Part shown: positions 59,953-64,000 of the stretch, in pieces | How positions within the stretch are numbered: position 1 is the stretch's first letter | Layout: the number at the start of each line of letters is the position of its first letter | From: a bacterium | GTDB lineage: Bacteria > Bacteroidota > Ignavibacteria > UBA10030 | Direction: 5' to 3' | NCBI GenBank assembly: GCA_043803945.1 | Contig: JAZDJN010000072.1 | Location: 1 to 64,000 of the forward strand | Length of the DNA: 64,000 bases | Position numbers and translations under genes: made by a program | The notes under the pieces: model-generated | What the model was told of the DNA's origin: nothing | What the model saw: the letters and a program-made list of their open reading frames with translations, nothing else | Database searches by the model: none

Positions 59953-61047
59953 TTACATCCGTTTTATTACTGCAAGCGAGAGATCGTCATTCGCCCGAGC
60001 ATCACCGAGAAATTCATCAACTTCATGCACCAACCGCTCGCCAAATTCCTCCGTTGGCAAACCCGCGCGACGGGATAAGAAATCTGAGAGCCGCTGTTCA
60101 CCAAAAAACTCTTCCTGTTCATTCTGCGCTTCTGTCAGCCCATCAGAATAGAGAATGAGAACATCGCCACTCTTCAGATCCAGTTGTTGCTCTTCATAAC
60201 TAACGCCCGGTTTTAATCCCATGGCAATTCCCCCCTTTGGTGTTTTATCAATGTTCGTCCCTCTGCAAACAAACGGCGGCAAATGTCCGGCGTTAAAGAA
60301 ACGGACAGCACCCGAATTAGGTTGAAGCTCAAGGTAGACAAGCGACGAAAAGAGGCTGGGCAGGCTATCGCGGCAGAATATCTCATTCAACTTTGCTGCG
60401 AGAATGCTGAGGGAAGAATATTCCGGTGCCAATGCCCGCACAGTTGCCTGCAGCTTCATACTCATCAACGCTGCAGTTAATCCCTTTCCTGCAACATCAC
60501 CGACGGCAACCTCATAGCGGTCATTGGTAATCTTACAAAAATCCACCAGGTCGCCCCCCACCTCATTTGCTGATCGTGTAAAAAGCCAAATACTCCATCC
60601 GGGTACTTCGGGATTCCGCTTTGGCATCAGCGCTTTTTGAACTGCATGGCCGGCTTCCAATTCTTTCTGTGCCACCAGTTTATCCTTTACTTCAAGCATA
60701 ACAACAAAAGTGAGCAGCAATCCTCCCAGGATCTGGAACTTCTTGTCATCCCCGGCATCACCCTGACTTGGGATAAGAAGAATGAGAAGGCCAAGCACAA
60801 GCATGAGCCTTCGTAACGGTGTCAGTTTCAAAATCATGCTCTTCAGCAGCCACCAGAAACCGTAGAGGTATTGCTGAATAGTGTTCATGGACCTCAGCCG
60901 TTCCTGACGCCCTTCGCTCAGCATGTACTCCTTGAGTTCTTTAAAATCCCGCTGGAGATGCCGCTTCAAATCCGGCTGTCGGAGATCTTTACGGATTGTA
61001 TTGACAATAGAGGGGTCTTCGTTCTGTCGCTTGCTATCCTGACTCAT
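59953..61047 (-). CDS. PP2C/SpoIIE-type phosphatase with N-terminal TMs
   Basis: VGGD, GDVAGKG..AAL, NAGH.PP, YSDGL.EA, DDL. Confidence 0.92.
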   Translation of the reverse strand: MSQDSKRQNEDPSIVNTIRKDLRQPDLKRHLQRDFKELKEYMLSEGRQERLRSMNTIQQYLYGFWWLLKSMILKLTPLRRLMLVLGLLILLIPSQGDAGDDKKFQILGGLLLTFVVMLEVKDKLVAQKELEAGHAVQKALMPKRNPEVPGWSIWLFTRSANEVGGDLVDFCKITNDRYEVAVGDVAGKGLTAALMSMKLQATVRALAPEYSSLSILAAKLNEIFCRDSLPSLFSSLVYLELQPNSGAVRFFNAGHLPPFVCRGTNIDKTPKGGIAMGLKPGVSYEEQQLDLKSGDVLILYSDGLTEAQNEQEEFFGEQRLSDFLSRRAGLPTEEFGERLVHEVDEFLGDARANDDLSLAVIKRM

Positions 61048-61148
61048 AGTTGCTCCTTAGAGGTTGCCTGCATGTCACCTTTTGTTACGTGGGCAAGGAG
61101 AGAAAGTTCTAGAATGGATACCGGTGGTAGGAAGTAAGTCCCAGCCGG

Positions 61149-61778
61149 CTATGTTGGCCACACACCTCCCGTTTGTTCGAGCCAATCGGCAATGGAATCC
61201 GCAGCCCGTTGTACACTGTTCTCAGAAACATCAACCTCCAACATTTTCAGTGTTGATTCACCAACGAGCCTGCGCAGTAACTCCTGTTCGCGGATGAATT
61301 GTTGGAGGTCGTCGTATTGAGATGGTTTACCGGAAACCTTGACCCGTTCTGCCCGTGCAGCTTCAAACGACTCCGGAGTACGCGTGCAGAGAATAACCCT
61401 GAAGTCAAGTCGAGCCAGACGCTCTTCAAGCCAATCGAAATTATAATCCTTTCCATACGCCGTGAGTTGATAAGCACGCGTTGAAATATGGAACCGGTCG
61501 ACAATCCATGAGTAGTAACGTTGATATTCGAAAAGCTGAATCCATGTGCGATAGGTGTTCAGCGCCAGTTCTTCTTCGTCGGGATTGAAATTAATGAGTC
61601 CTCTGCCCCATGGATAATTTGTGAAAGCACACCATTCGGCAGAAACAATTGGAGAGTGGTATCGGTATTTTCGCGGCCCGACGATGCGCGGGTGTTCATT
61701 CAACGCAAATGCAATTTCGGTCTTGAGCGTGAGCCGTGTACCTTCAAGTATTATTTTCGGACAGAGTTTTGGCGGCAT
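61149..61778 (-). CDS. Thymidylate-kinase-like fold protein with degenerate P-loop
   Basis: IILEGTRLTLKT, WIVDRFHIS. Confidence 0.6.
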   Translation of the reverse strand: MPPKLCPKIILEGTRLTLKTEIAFALNEHPRIVGPRKYRYHSPIVSAEWCAFTNYPWGRGLINFNPDEEELALNTYRTWIQLFEYQRYYSWIVDRFHISTRAYQLTAYGKDYNFDWLEERLARLDFRVILCTRTPESFEAARAERVKVSGKPSQYDDLQQFIREQELLRRLVGESTLKMLEVDVSENSVQRAADSIADWLEQTGGVWPT

Positions 61779-61895
61779 TGGTTCTATTATCGTACGGTAA
61801 GACTACCACACATGGATCAGTAAGAATTACCAACCACAAAGATGCAAAGGGTATTTTTTTGAACTTTTCCTTTTGAATTTTTCATTTTGAATTGA

Positions 61896-63161
61896 TTATT
61901 CTCCAAACGGCATATCGATGGCGGTTGCTTCCAATCCTCCAAAGAACTTTGGTTCGTTCTCCGTCACCACAAAGCAATCTTCGATGCGTATCCCGAATTC
62001 ACCGTAGAGGTAAATTCCCGGCTCATTGCTAAAGGTCATTCCCGGTGCAAGCTTCAAAGTGTTCCCCTTGACCAGGTAGGGATACTCATGACCTTCCATG
62101 CCAATGCCATGGCCAACACGATGCGGAAAATATTTATACCCGGGACCAAAGCCGGCATCTTCAATCACCTTTCTTGCAGCGGCATCGACCTGCTCACAAG
62201 CGGCGCCGGGGCGAGCGGTCTTCATGACAGCCAATTGAGCTTTCCGTACGATATCGAATACTTTTCGGTGCTTATCGGTGGGCTTGCCGAATACGACAGT
62301 GCGGGTCACATCCGATGAAAATCGTTCAATGCTGCAGCCGCCATCGACCATCACGGCATCGCCCTCTTTTAATGTCCGTGCGACTTGTGAACCATGGGGA
62401 AATGCTGTTCCTAAGCCGAATTGCGGTCCGCCGCTTCCGCTCACTCCCATCTGCCGGTGTGCTGCACTAATGGCGCTTGAAAGATCGCCGGGACTCATTC
62501 CTTCGCGAAGGCTTTTGAATCCTTCGCGGAATGCAAGTTTGGTTATCTTATTTGCGAGTTCCATGTATGCCAATTCTTTTTCTGTTTTAATTCCCCGGCA
62601 GCCTTCCGTGATCTTTGCGCCATCGACAAGTTGAAGATGTGCAGCATCCCGCTTTAATCCCTGTATCTGAAATTCACGCACTTGCGGTCCGACGCCCATC
62701 CGGCCATTCGGAGCACCCAGATCTTTCATTACTCCTGCAATCAGTTTATAGGGACTTTCATGTTCTTCCCAAGCCCTGATTTTCTGATCCGAAGGAATAC
62801 GTTCCTTCCACCCCTCCAATTCAAATGCAGGGACTACCCAAACAGGATTCCTTTTTTGTGAGAGGATCACACCGGTTGTCCGTTCACTCACCCATGTGCT
62901 CATATTGGTGAAGTAGAGCATGTCCGGGCTGCTGATAAGGAAGAGTCCATCGATCTTTTGTTTTTTCATTAATCGACCGGCTTGATCCCGTCGCGCCTCG
63001 TAATCCTCAGGAGTCAATGGTTTTACATCTTTCACCATGTTCTCCAGCCTGGCCTGCTGCTGAGGTGTTTGCTGCCCCAGCACCTGATCGACAAATCCGA
63101 TTGTTGAGACTGAGAGACCACCGATTTTCAAAAAACTGCGTCGAGTTACCATCTGGGGCAT
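61896..63161 (-). CDS. Tat-exported Xaa-Pro peptidase (M24)
   Basis: TRRSFLK signal; PH, DGGC, SDVTRT, HRVGHGIG..GHE, EPGIY, RIED. Confidence 0.92.
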   Translation of the reverse strand: MPQMVTRRSFLKIGGLSVSTIGFVDQVLGQQTPQQQARLENMVKDVKPLTPEDYEARRDQAGRLMKKQKIDGLFLISSPDMLYFTNMSTWVSERTTGVILSQKRNPVWVVPAFELEGWKERIPSDQKIRAWEEHESPYKLIAGVMKDLGAPNGRMGVGPQVREFQIQGLKRDAAHLQLVDGAKITEGCRGIKTEKELAYMELANKITKLAFREGFKSLREGMSPGDLSSAISAAHRQMGVSGSGGPQFGLGTAFPHGSQVARTLKEGDAVMVDGGCSIERFSSDVTRTVVFGKPTDKHRKVFDIVRKAQLAVMKTARPGAACEQVDAAARKVIEDAGFGPGYKYFPHRVGHGIGMEGHEYPYLVKGNTLKLAPGMTFSNEPGIYLYGEFGIRIEDCFVVTENEPKFFGGLEATAIDMPFGE

Positions 63162-63446
63162 TCCTTTCGAGAAAGTAGAATTGTTAGCCGCGTAAAATTA
63201 TAATTCCTAAAACCTTTGTCATTCTCCGATATGAATCCATTGAAGATGAAGCATTCAGATTTTATTGACAACTCTACAAACCCTCTCTTCAAGGGGATGT
63301 CCAAAAAGTAAAAAACTAGGGCGTCACGAACCACTTCGTAACGCAAAATGCGGAAAACATTCAGATTTAATGTGTCACGGTGTGGACCGTGACACCCTTG
63401 GTGTACTTCTTAGTCAACCCCGTTTTTTCAGATTCAATCGAGCTAA

Positions 63447-64000
63447 CTATCGACTTCTCTGCTGCGCAGGAGGCTGCCAACTCACTTTTATATTATGTGC
63501 ACCGCGGGTTGTTACCTCAGGATGAAGATCGAGCTTCAGCATCTGAGGTTTGTTGCCGATATCCATTAGGGTGTAATACACCAGCTTGGTGACTTTCTCC
63601 AGCTTCTTATAGTCGACCCTCTCTTCAATATCTTTTTCCTGATGGTAATCCTCTGTTGTCCCGCAGAAAAACCACACGCCCGGAATACCGTATCGGATGT
63701 ACGGATACTGATCGCTCCGGAAGAAGAAGCGGTCAGGGTGAGCCGGACTTTCATATTTATAATCGAGCTTGAGCTTGATATACTTTTTGTTCATCTCGTT
63801 GATCGAGCGGTCCAGGCTGGAGCTCAGCTTATTTGATCCAATGAGATAGAGGCTGTCGGGATGATTCCGGCACAGCATATCCATATTCAGATTGGCACTG
63901 ATGTTTTCCACAGGAACCGGACAATGGGAGACAAAATGATAAGCACCCAATAATCCTTTTTCCTCACCAGTGTGCCAGACAAAGATGACCGACCGTTTGG
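63447..64000 (-). CDS. M28 peptidase, C-terminal part (5' end outside the window)
   Basis: Open to the edge: RSVIFVWHTGEEKGLLG, NMDM, RSD, DYH. Confidence 0.88.
   Translation of the reverse strand, partial: KRSVIFVWHTGEEKGLLGAYHFVSHCPVPVENISANLNMDMLCRNHPDSLYLIGSNKLSSSLDRSINEMNKKYIKLKLDYKYESPAHPDRFFFRSDQYPYIRYGIPGVWFFCGTTEDYHQEKDIEERVDYKKLEKVTKLVYYTLMDIGNKPQMLKLDLHPEVTTRGAHNIKVSWQPPAQQRSR

Overview
Bacterial chromosomal window; gene content and the abundance of intergenic palindromes suggest an Ignavibacteria/Bacteroidota-like organism (inference). Bases 1-4.9 kb are an AT-rich defence-island edge on the minus strand: a sigma70 promoter and structured RNA leader, an AbiF-type HEPN gene, a frameshifted DNA-methyltransferase N-terminal remnant, a Panacea (DUF4065) protein, then a 62-aa DndC-tail-like protein, a divergent dndD and dndE, with no dndA/B/C in view. 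At 16.1-20.1 kb a REP-associated tyrosine transposase (RAYT) sits in arrays of CTAG-footed REPs. Two near-identical 91-bp REP doublets bracket an AT-rich cassette of ECF sigma, anti-sigma and an output-less CHASE2-like sensor. The rest is housekeeping and nutrient-scavenging genes: peptidases (M3B, M16, M24, two M28), phosphatases, SSS/MFS/CDF transporters, LytS/LytTR with LiaF-like proteins, tkt, ppa, dsbD, etfBA, anmK, and a dmsABC-like operon whose catalytic subunit lacks a Tat signal. There is also a frameshifted MFS gene and a hisI remnant. No rRNA, tRNA or CRISPR array was recognised. All calls come from reading motifs by eye; no searches were run.
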